Source: Hemiscyllium ocellatum
Lineage: Eukaryota
DNA length: 64,000 nucleotides
Reading direction: 5' to 3'
NCBI RefSeq assembly: GCF_020745735.1
Contig: NC_083421.1
Span: forward strand, 57,713,001-57,777,000
The notes beneath the pieces are model-generated. The model was not told the origin of the DNA. It searched no databases and saw nothing but the letters and a program-made list of their open reading frames with translations. Every line of letters begins with the position of its first letter. Positions within the stretch are counted from its first letter, which is position 1. Positions 37,316 through 49,610 of this stretch are shown here, piece after piece. Made by a program: the position numbers and the translations under genes.

Positions 37316-40300
37316 TTCTGGAGTGTTGTCGGAGCTCATCTGGGCAAGTGGGAATTATCCCATCACAGTCCTTCCTTACACTTTGTAGATTGTGGAGAGG
37401 CTTTGGCAAGTCAGGAGTTGAGTTACTTGTTATGGAGTATTCAAACTGTGGTGCAATGTTTATGTGAATAGTCTAGTTAAGGCACTGATTAAGGGGTAAA
37501 CATCAAGTTGTTGATAGTGGGAGAAGTCAGTGATGAGAATGTTCTTGAATGTCAAAGGGAGATGATTAGGAGATAGTCATTGCCTGTTTTCTTTGTGCAA
37601 AAGTCTACCTTTCAGCCAACGTTTGACTGTTGCCCAGGTCTTGCTACATGTGTGGAGGGATTTGGGCCAAGCACAGGCAAGTGGGACTAGTTTACTTTGG
37701 GAACATGGTTGGTGTGGACTGGCTAGACTGAAGGGACTGTTTCCATGCTGTATGATTCTATGATTATGCCTATGTGAGGATTTGTGAATGGAACTGCAAA
37801 AAGCGCAATCAGCAATGGCCATCCTCATCATGAAGGAAAGGCTATGGATGAGCAGCTGAAGACTTAACAAACAGCACTGGGGAAACCCTGCTGCTGTGCC
37901 CTGGGCCTGAAATAATTGATCTCCTGCTTGCACCACCACCTTTGTGCTATTTCAGTATAAATCATGGCTGAAGAATTCTTGTTTTAGGGTAAACAGTCTA
38001 TACTTTTTTGTTTACTTCTTGAGCTCAAAAATGCAAACATTATATTTATTTAATTGGATATTGGCCATTCTCATAGATAAACCCATAGATCATGGAAGAA
38101 TTGACTGGTTACTGAGCCAGTCAAAGTGGTTATTGAACAACTATGATTGGATAAGGAATCTGGCTCCTCACACCATCTTATACATGTTGTAATGTTGGCA
38201 GTTCTACAACAAGTACTTAATGAAAGAGTATTTTAAAGCCATTGTCCTGAGATTATAAAGGATGTTGTGTAAATGCAAGTTTTTGCTTAAAGTTGCTGTC
38301 CAGGGTGCTGACCGATTACATCATGATCCAGAGCAGCCTTGGCCGTCAACAAGCCAGAATGAATTGTGGTTGAGAAGTGAATGGTGCAAAGTAGTTGATC
38401 AGGCTGGTAATCCAGAACCTAAATCTAAATTATCCCCAGATAGTGGATCTAACCCATATTATTAATTTACCTGGCCACAGAGAATATCATTTATCACTTT
38501 GTTTTTGTAATTATTGTATCCCAAACCACAAAACTTTTCTCTTAGAAGTGACTAGGTCTGTTGTGTATTTAGATATCGAAGCCAGTTTGTGTACAGCAGG
38601 ACTTTGCAAGAGAGATGCTTGATCAGGTAATTTGTTTTTTTGTGGCCGTGGGCGGAATATTGACTAGGAGATTGTCCTCAGGTCCTCCAGTTCAACACTT
38701 TTCTAAAGAGTTGTACCCCAAATTGCCAATGTGGAGAAAGATTGTGAAGTGAAGTTTGAAACTAGAATCTTCTGATCTGAGGAAAGCGATCAAGTCAATC
38801 TGTAATATAGATTGAAGCTTTCCAAGACCATTTTCATCTTCGCATTTGTATGTGATGTATGATCAATTGATGGTAAAATTGTCTTTAGTTTGTCGATTCA
38901 TCAATACATAGAGACTGAGATGAGGAGAAAAGTTTAGAAGCCTGATGAGGTAGAATAAAATAGATGTGGGTAGCCTTGGGGGAGGGGATGAAGAAAAGAA
39001 TTCATGTGGATATCCCTATGAGAGAACTATGTAGAGCGAATGAAAATAGGGAAGGATAAAACTTTCTAACTGGAGAAAAGAGAAGCTGAGGTAACATGTC
39101 GAAGGGAATCTTTGTGCATTTTCTGTACTTATTAATACATTGTTCTCTGCAGTGACTAATTGTTAGTGAGGAGTTGGTTGTCCAAAAAGCATTAAATTGA
39201 TTAAATACCTCTCTGGTTGGTTGGCCGATCAGTAACTGATATAGACAAATGTCAGATGATAATTAATCCTATAAATAATGTGTTTTTTTTACAAAAAAAA
39301 TCTATCAGTTTGAAAGATGTGGGCTTGGCAACATTTATTGACCATTTCTAATTACTCTGAAAAGGTTTTGATGAGCCACCTGTTTGGGGGTGTAGGTCCA
39401 CTCATTGATGTTAGAAGGTGAATGTACAATACGCCATTAAAATTCCAGGTATAGACTTTGCGAGCCAACAATTGAACTAGGAATAGTAATAGAAACCATA
39501 TTAAGTAGGTTAGCAAAATAGTTTCTTTTAGTAGAGTTGAAACCATGGATTCAATATTTTCCCTGTTTGCTATCTCATCAAGCCAAATATTGTTTCTCTA
39601 TCCTTGCCATGAACCTTTTACTTTCTCTTTAATTTTCTCATAACTTAGCTTAGGGCCTCCTCAAACCTAAACCCATCCATGAAACCCACCTTGCCATTGC
39701 CTTGACTCCTCTCCCATTAGACGGTTGGTCCTGCCTACGTTCCCATCTCCCATCCTTTCACACAGCTCTACCTAAGCAAGCTGCCTCCCCCAGCTTTAAT
39801 GTTCATCACTGCAACTGGTGCCTGTATATTCACTTGCTGCTTCACTGCTCATTAGCTTCTCTTAATCCCTTCACTTTGCCGAACCAAATGGAAGTTGCTT
39901 TTGTGGTGAGTAGGAGTTGCTTTATAATCGTGTGTGCGGCTGACTCCTGTGTTTAATTAAAGTGGAGGACAGGAAGATAATAACACAATAGATACAGCAA
40001 AGACCTGGATATTCCCACATAATGGATTTTGTAGTGAAGTAGCAAAAGAGCATATGCTGTTAGGAGCACTTCTAGCATCTTTAGGCTCTGCCAAAGAGCT
40101 TTACAGTCAATGAGGTACTTTTCGAAATGTAGTGAGAATTGCAGTATAGGTAAATATGATGACTAATTTGTGCATAAAACATAAATGATCACATAACCTA
40201 TAAAATTTGTTGTTTAAAAAATGGAAGATTGGAAAAATATATTTACTTTTTTCAGTCTTAATATTTGGTTAATTACATGTTGTCCACACTAGATATTGTT

Positions 40301-40456
40301 TCTAAAAATACTCTTCACTGGGAGTCCTTTTAATCTTCAGTTACTGGAAAATTTCTCTTTTCTGCCTCTGAATAGGTTTTGTAAATTTTTGGCTCCAATT
40401 TTTTTGCAATTAATAGAATAAAAGGCATTGCTCATTCTGTCTTCAAGGACATTTTT

Positions 40457-40741
40457 GCATAGAATCCCTACAGTGTTGAAGCAGGCAATTCAGCCCATCA
40501 AGCCCACGCCAACCCTTCAAAGAACAGCCCACCCAAATCATGTCACCCTGCATTTCTACATCCCTGGACACTATGGGCTATCCAGCCTAACCTGCACATT
40601 TTTGGACTCTGAGAGGAAACCCACACAGATACGGGGAGAATGTGCAAATTCCATGCAGACAGTCCACCAAGGGTGGATTTGAACCCAGGTCCCTTCCGCT
40701 GTGATGTAGTTGTACTAACCACTGAGCAATCGTGCTGTGCT
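40457..40741 (-). mobile_element. HE1-type V-SINE
   Basis: Head, V-domain and tail in reverse. Confidence 0.8.
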
Positions 40742-41171
40742 AAACATTGCATTTATTGGTTTTATTGTCTCCTTGCTATTTTTGCATGAAATACGTTATT
40801 GTTCTAATAATGCAGATAGTCCTAAGGGAGGCTGAGATTTATTTTACTGGTAGAATCTCAAGGCTCTATGTTTGAACAAGATCAAACAAAAGGAACCTGT
40901 GGAAAATTCCAATTTGTGGTGGGAAAGATGGAGGAGAAATTCAGGACCAGGGGTTTGTTTTCCTTCAAGAGTAGTTGCATTAGGCAGTTATTTATGTGTA
41001 AACTGACTTGCAAATTCATGCCTTGGCTTGTAAATGTCCCAAACTTACCAATCGAGTTATGTCACTCTCAGTTCCTTCCACAAGGTAGTATGTTCTTAGT
41101 GCGAAAAAATTATTGAATTTGTACACTAATTGCCAGTTAAACTCACCACAGAAAATGAGGGTCCACACAGA

Positions 41172-41760
41172 GAGACCATAAGACCATGAGAAAGAGGAAC
41201 AGGAGGAGGCCATTCAGCCCCTCGAGCCTGCTCCACCATTCAACGAGATCATGGCTGATCTGACATTCCTCACATCCACTTTCCTGCATTTTCCCTGTAA
41301 CCCTTGATTGCTCGAGTGATCAAGAATAATCTCAGCCTTAAATAAACACGAGGACTCTGCCTGCACAGTTCTCTGTGGCAAGGAGTTCCAAAGGCACACA
41401 ATCCTCTGAGAGAAAATAATTCTCCTTATCTCAGCCTTAAATTGGCACCCCTTTTCCCCTTGGGGAAGCTATCAATGACTGGGGCTACAGATTTAACATA
41501 AGGAGCAGAACAATTAGAAGAATTGTGCAAAAAACCCTTTTTCATCGAGGATGGTGGGAATCTGAAACTCACTGCCTGTAAGCATGGTGGAGGCAGAAAC
41601 ACTCATCACCTTTAAGAAGTATTTAGATATGGACTTGTGATGCCAAGCCTTGCTGGAAAATGGGATTAGAATAGTTAGATATTTGCTTATGACTGGCATG
41701 GATGTGATGGGCTGAAGGGCCTTTTTCTTTGCTATAGACCTCAATGACTCTTTGACTGTA
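41172..41760. mobile_element. Two abutting CR1 3' ends (- 41172-41450, + 41455-41760)
   Basis: ORF 41214-41399(-) includes LWNSLPQR. The + part has GGGCTGAAGGGCCT and a tail. Confidence 0.65.
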
Positions 41761-42217
41761 ATATCTGGTAATGAAAACATTTCCTTTTTAAGAACATAAT
41801 CATTATTACTGCAGTGCCAATCAACTTTTCTCATGCTGAAACTGAACATTTAATTTGTGGAGTTTTTTTTTGCAGCTAGTAAATTGTTCTTCAAAGGTGT
41901 TAACAGGATCAAATTTTAAATTTCTTATCATTTTTGAATTATGCAATTTTCTTATTTTTTAAACTCTTTCTCTATCTGCCTGTGTTTAAAGCATCTTCAC
42001 TTTAGTCTGCCTCTGGGTTTCCTCCTTATCCTTAAGTTTCTTTGGTAAAGGAGCTACACTTGATTTATGACTCATCTAATCCATTGCTCTGATTGTGACC
42101 TATCAGCTTGTGCTTTTAAAACATGAGTTCTTACAGCCATCACTGGCTAGACCAGTATTTATTTCTCGTCCCTGTTAGGACTAGAGGACATTTCAGAACC
42201 AACCACATCAATGTGAG

Positions 42218-42543
42218 TGGCACAATGGCTCAGTGGTTAGCACTGCTGCCTCAGCGCCAGGGACCTGGGTTTGACAACTCCCTTGGGTGACTGTCGTTGC
42301 GGAGTTCACACATTCTCCCCGTGTCTGCGTGGGTTTCCTCCAGGTAGTCCGGTTTCCTCCCACAGTCCAAAGATGTGCGGGTCAGGTGAGTTGTCCATGC
42401 TAAGTTGCCCATACTGTTAGATGCATTAGTCAGAGGTAAATATAGAGTAAAGGAATGGATCTGGGTGGTTTACTCTTCAGAGGGCCAGTGTGGACTTGTT
42501 GGGCCAAAGGGCCTGTTTCCATACTGTAGGGAATTTAATCTAA
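42218..42543 (+). mobile_element. HE1-type V-SINE inserted in an older SINE (42120-42800, -)
   Basis: Full head-to-tail copy. The host resumes at 42547 (ATGTG duplication). Confidence 0.85.
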
Positions 42544-43033
42544 AAATGTGGGTCTGGGGTCCTATGAAAGTCAGACCAGAAAAGGATGGCAGATTTCCTT
42601 CCCTAAAGTACATTAAAGAATGAAGTAAGTTCTGAGGACAACTAACAGTGATAACACAACCACCATGAGGTGAGCGTTTAACTCCAGATTTTGCTGCATT
42701 TCAATCTGCCAAGGTAAGATTCGAACCCATGCCCTCAGAAATCACACACGTTGTCTGAATTTCTGGTCTGGAGACATTACCAGTTCAACACTGCTTGCCT
42801 CTAATGCAGCGTATTGAGTAACTAACTTTGAACAGTTGTGCCCAAGAAGGAAATGATTAAGAGGGCAATACACAGAGCTTCCCAGTTCAGGTCTGACCCA
42901 TTATTTTCTTTTTTTTCTTGGGGATGAGAAACTGGAATGGAAATTGGACAGTGATGAGTGAAATATCTGGAAATCTTTGCAACGTTAGAACCAACTGCTG
43001 TATATTTTTGATAATACAACGTTGCTTTTTAAA

Positions 43034-43200
43034 ACCATAAGAAGACCATAAGAAGTAGGGGTGTAAGTAAGGCCATTCGGCCCATCAAGTCCACTCTGCC
43101 ATTCAATCATGGCTGATGGGCATTTCAACGCCACTTACCTGCACTCTCCCCGTATCCTTTAATTCCTTGCGAGATTAAGAATTTATCAATGTCTGCCTTG
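43034..43200 (-). mobile_element. CR1 3' tail
   Basis: (ACCATAAG)n tail and GGCCATTCGGCCC. Confidence 0.65.
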
Positions 43201-43201
43201 A

Positions 43202-43904
43202 CGTGATGAAGGGGAGAAATTGAGACTGAATGGCACCAAGAGTCTGTTCAGTTAAGAAATCCTGCGCGATGACAGCCCTCTGGTTGGTGGAGCTACAGTG
43301 TATTAAAAGCTGTAAGTGCCAAGGCAGCTGGAGAAACATCCAGAGCCTGCAAACATTAATCATCCATCACCCATGTCTTTCCCTCACTCTGTCTCTGGGG
43401 AAAAAGACAGAAAACCAAGGCAGCCTCAAAGAAAGAATTCTAACAAGAGCAGGTTAACAAGATCAACTTCTGAGTGATCGTCACCCTACAGACAGTAGCA
43501 TGTCATCAGTCCTAAAAATCCAGAAAGGATCAAAAAGTTGATTTTCGATCTTCAGAATTGTGTTCACTCTGTCTATATTCTTTTGCAATCTGTTGTATCC
43601 AGATCAAACCATTTGTCTTTGTCTGGTTCATCCTGAACGACTGTATGTATTTTGGGTTTTTTTGGAAGGGGTATAGTTTAAGCTCACATAAAAGTAGATT
43701 AGAAATCATTCTTCTTTTCTGCTTTTTGTTAAAGGTTACAATAAAACAATTTATTGTCTGTTCATTGCAAAACCTGACTTTTGTCCTGAATAGCAGTCAA
43801 TCAGGCAAATTAGTAATTTTGGTGGTTTAACTGGGATTTTGTACATTTTAGGAGAGTTTGCGAAACATGATTATCTCTGCACAGTTCCCAGTTCAGTCAT
43901 AACA
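43202..43904 (+). mobile_element. Possible solo LTR
   Basis: TATA-like TATTAAAA at about 43301, AATAAA at about 43740, ends TCATAACA, and truncates the adjacent CR1 tail. No clear TSD. Confidence 0.35.
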
Positions 43905-44333
43905 ATATACATGTTGTGGGACAGCGATGCCAAAGTAATTTCTGTGCACAGTTTTTTTTCATTTATATTATGCTTCCATTGTTGATTGCTGGTGGCCAAA
44001 ATTTGTGAGAAAGATTTATTATTCTGTGCCTTTTCCAAATTAGCTTCTAATGGACAACTGCTGCTTGTGTGGAATACATACGGGCCCTTGCTAAGGTTTC
44101 CTGAAAAGAAGAAGAGGATTCTTTTCTATAATTTAATAACAAAACAAAAAGGTCTGGGGGCAACCACTATTTTGTGCATGGTACACTATTCATTCACAGT
44201 GCTAACACACTGCTGCATTTAGTACAGAAGATTCATGACAATGGTAGGTCTATTTTTGTTGGCTCTTTGTATATTGACTGCATATTTGTTAAGAGACTGT
44301 GGGGTGTGAAAGATTTACATAACACTGTAATAC

Positions 44334-44467
44334 TGATTTGGAGATGCTGGTGTTGGACTGGGGTGTACAAAGTTAAAAATCACACAATACTAGGTTATAG
44401 TCCAACAGGTTTAATTGGAAGCACTAGCTTTCAGAACACTGCCCCTTCATCAGTTGTTTGTGGAGGC
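44334..44467 (-). mobile_element. Single-arm hammerhead-bearing element, family D
   Basis: TSD CTGTAATAC (44325-44333, 44468-44476). The - strand reads CTGATGA-A-GGGGC-AGT-GTTCT-GAAA-GCTA. Confidence 0.7.
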
Positions 44468-44517
44468 CTGTAATACAGTACTCTCTGAATGGAAAGCATC
44501 TTTTGAGAGCTATGAAC

Positions 44518-44732
44518 ATGATGTGGAGGTGCCAATGTTGGACTGGGTGGACTAAGTTAAAAATCACACAACATCAGGTTATGGTCCAACAGGATTATTT
44601 GGAAGCACTAGCTTTTGAGTGCTGCTCCTTCACCAGGTAGCTGATGATTGCTATCTGAAGGAGCAGTGCTCCAAAAGCTAGTGCTTCCAAATAATCCTGT
44701 TGGTCTATAACCTGGTGTTGTTGGATTTTTAA
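44518..44732 (-). mobile_element. Palindromic element, family D
   Basis: Inverted arms centred on ...GCTCCTTCACCAG / CTGAAGGAGCAGTGCTCCAAAAGCTAGTG. Confidence 0.7.
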
Positions 44733-44791
44733 ATGAATCTTGAAGATGTTCATGCTTTTGATACAGTCAGAAAGCATTGTGAAATTGTAAC

Positions 44792-45030
44792 CACCTTAGG
44801 CAACTGACTGTGTGGAGTTTGCACGTTCTCCCCGTGTCTGCATGGGTTTCCTCCGGGTGCTCTGGTTTCCTCCCACAATCCAAAGATGTGTGGGTCAGGT
44901 GAATTGGCAATGTTAAATTGCCCCTAGTGTTAGGTAAGGGGTATGGGTGGGTTGCGCTTCGGCGGGTCGGTGTGGACTTGTTGGGCCGAAGGGCCTGTTT
45001 CCATACTGTAAGCAATCTAATCTAATCTAA
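44792..45030 (+). mobile_element. HE1-type V-SINE, 5'-truncated
   Basis: V-domain and an (AATCT)n tail. Confidence 0.85.
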
Positions 45031-45369
45031 TAAGGGTTCAGGATCCTAGAACAACTTCTCAGTGATTTTGTGGAACAGCTCCTCTGAGCATGACTAGCAC
45101 AGTGTCAGCAGAATTATATGAACTCAAAGAAACATTCTAGACTGAAAGAGCAGGTGGAGGTGAATAATAAAAAGAAGGTAACTTAATCCCTAATCAAATA
45201 TAAGATCACATCCTTGTGTATCTGTGATGACCAGGCTGAATTAATCTATCATAAACAATGTTACTTTAAAGTGTATGTCTAAAGACCATTTTTAACTTTA
45301 TTGTTCTCCTTGATCAGACTGTCTTTAATCCACACCCCGATGTACATCAAACCACACATTAAAAGTGTT

Positions 45370-45875
45370 ACACAGAGTCATAGAGGTATACAGCATGGAA
45401 ACGACCATTCAGCCCAACACGCCCATGCTGACAAGCTTTCATAAGTTCATAAGATACAGGAGCAGGATTAGGCCAATCGGCCCATTGAATCTGCTCCGCC
45501 ATTCGTTCATGGCTGATATTCTCCTCACCCTCATTTTCTTGCCTTCTCCCAATATCCTATTCATCTTATCTGGATACTGATTAGGAATGATCAGCCATGA
45601 TCATATTGAATGGCGGTGCAGGCTCGAAGGGCTGAATGGCCTACTCCTGCACCTATTGTCTATTGTCTATTGTCTATTGTCTATTATCTACGACCCTCAT
45701 GATTTATAAACCTCTTCAGAGCTGCCCCTCGGCCTCATATGCTCCAGTGGGAGCAACGTCCCAGTCTATCCAGCTTCTCCTTATTACTGAAACCATTCAG
45801 TCTCGGTAACATGGTTGTAAATTTCTCTTGGCACCTTTTCCAGTTTAATAATATCCTTCCTACAGCAGAGTGACA
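45370..45875. mobile_element. Nested CR1 3' ends
   Basis: A - strand CR1 (45370-45440, 45690-45875) contains a - tail (45440-45555) and a young + tail (45580-45690) ending (CTATTGT)n. Confidence 0.6.
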
Positions 45876-45961
45876 TGTTCATGGCCCCCATCAGAATTTG
45901 TCTCCCTAAATAGTAGAGATTGGGAATTTCAGCAAAGAGGATTTAAGTTTGATAAATGTCT

Positions 45962-46136
45962 GCAAAGTTAAAAGTCACACAACACTAGGTTATAGCCCAA
46001 AAGTGCACTGCTCCTTCACCTACCCAGTGAAGGACAACTGCCTAATGAAGGAGCAGTGCTCCAAAAGCTAGTGCTTCCAAATAAACCTAATTTTTAATTT
46101 TGTCCACCCCAGTCCAACATTGGCTCCTCCACATCA
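45962..46136 (+). mobile_element. Partly deleted palindromic element, family D
   Basis: CTAATGAAGGAGCAGTGCTCCAAAAGCTAGTG at about 46042-46073, with matching arms and tail. Confidence 0.6.
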
Positions 46137-47369
46137 CCCTCTCCTCAGTTCTGTCTGTTGGCCAGCAATGGTTTTGCTGTGTGAAGCTGGGTATTGCTTC
46201 CCTGCTGGCCCACTTTGTGGTGGTGTACACTGATGCTTCCAACATATCATCTGTTATTTACTGACTTTTAAACTCCCTCTATTGGCGAGTTTTGAGAAGG
46301 TTTGCAGCTCAGGTTGAGGTTTTGGATGTAAGTTTACTTGCTGAGCTTGGAGTAGCTTATTTTCTTCCTTGTTTCATCTGAAGCACTAACAGTTGTTATA
46401 TGAAGTTTGGCACCTGGCATCAATCAAAATTGGTGGGTAGACATAGAACTGATGAACAATAATGTGGTTATCAGGCTGTTAAATATGAGATATTCACAGC
46501 AATAGTTCAGGCAAAGACAGCAAAATGTATTCAAGTTGTATCGATTATAATGAGGTGATATAATTCCTTCTGAAACTTGCTCGGAATGTGGTGGGGCATC
46601 TTCGGTACTGTTACACTGTAATCCTGAGAGGCTCTGTTTCGTTCTTCCAAGGGTCGATTCACCTTGGAATATTTGAGTTAGATCGGCGGTCAATAATTTT
46701 GGGAATGTGAGAACCTATCCCTTAATTACAGAGCATTGTGCCAGAGACATTTAATTGAATCTGTACCAAAGCCAACCCAATAATCTAAAACACTGCAGAT
46801 GTTAGAAATCTAAGACAAAAACAAAAAATGATGAAACTCCTCAGGAACTCCTAATTAAGTCTTATGCTTGTAACATCAGGCTACTTCTCCTCCTTTATGC
46901 ATGATACCTGAATCCCAATTGAGGTGACCTTATTGAATGCTTTTAAGGCAAAGATAGGTGATCTCACTGAATGGCGGAGCGGGCTCGATGGGCCAGATGG
47001 CCAACACCTCCGATTCCTTGTGTCCTCATTCGCGGAATGCTTCTGTCTCTCACCGTAATGATATTCCAATCTTAAAGCGCTCAGCCTAACCAACCTTGCA
47101 TTTTAGAATAATCAGGGTCAAATGTTTTGCTGCTAATTGTGTCATTTCCAAACTTTGGCAGCTAGCTACATTTACTTCCATTATGGCTTAGGAAAGGCCA
47201 TTCAGCCCCTCGGTTCTGTACCTCCGATCAACAATATCATGGCTGATCCATAACTTAACTCCATATACCTGCCTTTGGTCCATATCTCTGAATATCTTTA
47301 ATCAACAAAAATGTTTCTACCTCAGATTTAAAGTTAAGAACTGATCCAGCATTCAGTGCTCTTTGTGGA

Positions 47370-48492
47370 TCCGAATGAGTGCAGTGAAAGGTTTACGATG
47401 TCACCACCTACGCAGCCTTCTAAGATACAAGATACCCAGGTACAGATACTTATGTATTTAGTACAAAATTGAAAGAATACTAAATAAAAGTCTGGCATAA
47501 GAATAAAAAGGGAAAAAAAAGGTACTCCTTTTACAGTCCGTTTGTCCCAGTCAATGCCAACACAGCAGCTCCAGACTGCACCAGGCCATGTCTCCAGGCC
47601 ATGCCGGACTGCAAAATGTCAGGCTTTGCTTCCAGTGCACAAGGCAAGTCCCAGACTGGGGGTCAGTGTGGGGAGGGGACTCTCGGACCCCGTCTCCCCA
47701 CACTGACCCCTGATCTGGAACTCCCTTCCCCGCACTGACCCCCGGTCTGGGACCCCCCTCCCTGCACTGACCCCCGGTCTGGGACCCTCCTCCCCGCACT
47801 GACTCCAGGTCTGGGACCCCCCTCTCTGCACTGACTCCAGGTCTGGGACCCCCCTCCCTGCACTGACTCCAGGTCTGGGACCCCCTCCCCGCACTGACCC
47901 CTAGTCTGGGACCCTCCTCCCTGCACTGACTCCAGGTCTGGGACCCCCCTCCCTGCACTGACTCCAGGTCTGGGACCCCCCTCCCTGCACTGACTCCAGG
48001 TCTGGGACCCCCCCTCCCCGCACTGACCCCTAGTCTGGGACCCCTCTCCCTGCACTGACTCCCGGTCTTGAACCCCCTCCCCGCACTGACCCCCGGTCTG
48101 GGACCCCCCTCCCCGCACTGACCCCAGTCTGAGACTCCCCTCCCCGCACTGACCCCCAATGTGTGACTCTCCTCCCTACACTGACCCCCAGTCTGGGACC
48201 CCCCTCCTTGTACTGACCCACAGTCAGGGACCCCCCTCCTTGTACTGGCCCACAGTCAGGGACTGCTCTGCCAGCACTGACCCCCAATGTGTGACTCTCC
48301 TCCCGCAGTGGCCTCCTGTCTGGGCTTCCCCTCCAGGGCCTGCGTCCCCAGCCTGGCCTGGTCTGGGACTCACCTGTGACCGCCTCCACTCCGGGAGTTG
48401 CCCCCCTCTGATTAAGTTTAAAGTTAGGCATTTCAAAAGAAAGAACAGATGGAGGAGCTCCAGCTGTAGCGAACTACTCTGCCACAATCTTG
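47370..48492 (-). mobile_element. Non-coding composite insert carrying the minisatellite
   Basis: Interrupts a CR1 tail (47190-47369 resumes at about 48491). The - strand starts CAAGATTGTGGC and ends in a T-rich UTR with CTTTCACTGCACTCATT. Confidence 0.5.
47650..48305. repeat. GC-rich minisatellite, unit about 32 bp, about 20 copies
   Basis: Unit GCACTGACTCCAGGTCTGGGACCCCCCTCCCT, homogeneous in the centre and diverged at the edges. Confidence 0.95.
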
Positions 48493-49610
48493 GAAGGTTG
48501 TCCCAACATCTGTCATGCTTTGTGTATGAAAATGCTTCCTACTATCTCCCTGAATGGTCTGGCCCTAATTCTCAGATTATGAATGTAGTTCTAGTGTCAA
48601 CCTGATGTCTGGTTTGGGATAAACTATATAGTTTTGGGGTTACATTTTCAAACATGTGAAACTGGCATAAAATCACTAGTGTAGAGCATCCAGTGTAAGG
48701 CTATGAGATGTTACACTTCTTCACTGGTCTGCCATCAGTGAGGTTGACTTCAGGTTATACTGCAATATGTTGGTACTGTTTCCATCTGTTTCTGATAGCA
48801 CAGTCCCTGATGGTCAGAAATCACACCATAACAGTTACTGTAAAACAGGATGTTTGTCCATTTCCTGGGTTTAATATCAACCTTTTATTCCTCCCTTCCT
48901 TTAAGCTAATTGGACACTGCCTGTAATTGGATTTAAATTCTGCTTATCCACAACGTCTAGGTTTTCCGCCCATTCACACAGTCACAATCCCTCCAATTTC
49001 CTTGAATATTTACAGTATTGTTACTTTCTCATGTTTGTACACACGTCATCGTTTTCAGGTCCCTGGGGAAACCAGAAAAATCACCAACTGCTGGCAGAGA
49101 ATCGAACAGAAATGTTTACGGGACCCTCTTTATGTCAGTCACATTAACATAATGATTGTGACATGCAATCCAGCTGTTCCTGTACAAAATCTCTCACACT
49201 TCGACGTGAGATGTCACAGATATAGAACAGTCTGGGAAATTATTCATTTGATTCAAAGCTGCACTTTTAATGATCTTGAACATTTCTATCAGTACGTCTC
49301 TTCAGATTCTGGATATTCCCATTGAGATTGTCATTTACCCACTAAGAAAGCAAAAACTATTTGCTTTCTGTTTGATTTCCTCTTCTGGCTTCCTCATTTA
49401 TATTTTTCCCCCACCAAACGATTGATTCCTCAACACAAGAAGTTGATTGAAACTGCACCACTGCAGCGTTGTGCTTTCTGGATGCCTTCAATCAATTCCC
49501 TTATTAATATCGGCTGAAAATGCATTGTTCGATATTTTTCCTCGAAGTATTTCCAAGAAGTGCTGTGTTAATGTTCAGACCTATGCTTAACATCCATTCC
49601 TCAAAGGATA

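Noticed and set aside
47551-48431. Long repetitive ORFs over the minisatellite, or a CRISPR-like array
   Set aside because: The open frames are an artefact of a stop-free 32-bp unit. There are no unique spacers or cas genes, and the context is eukaryotic.
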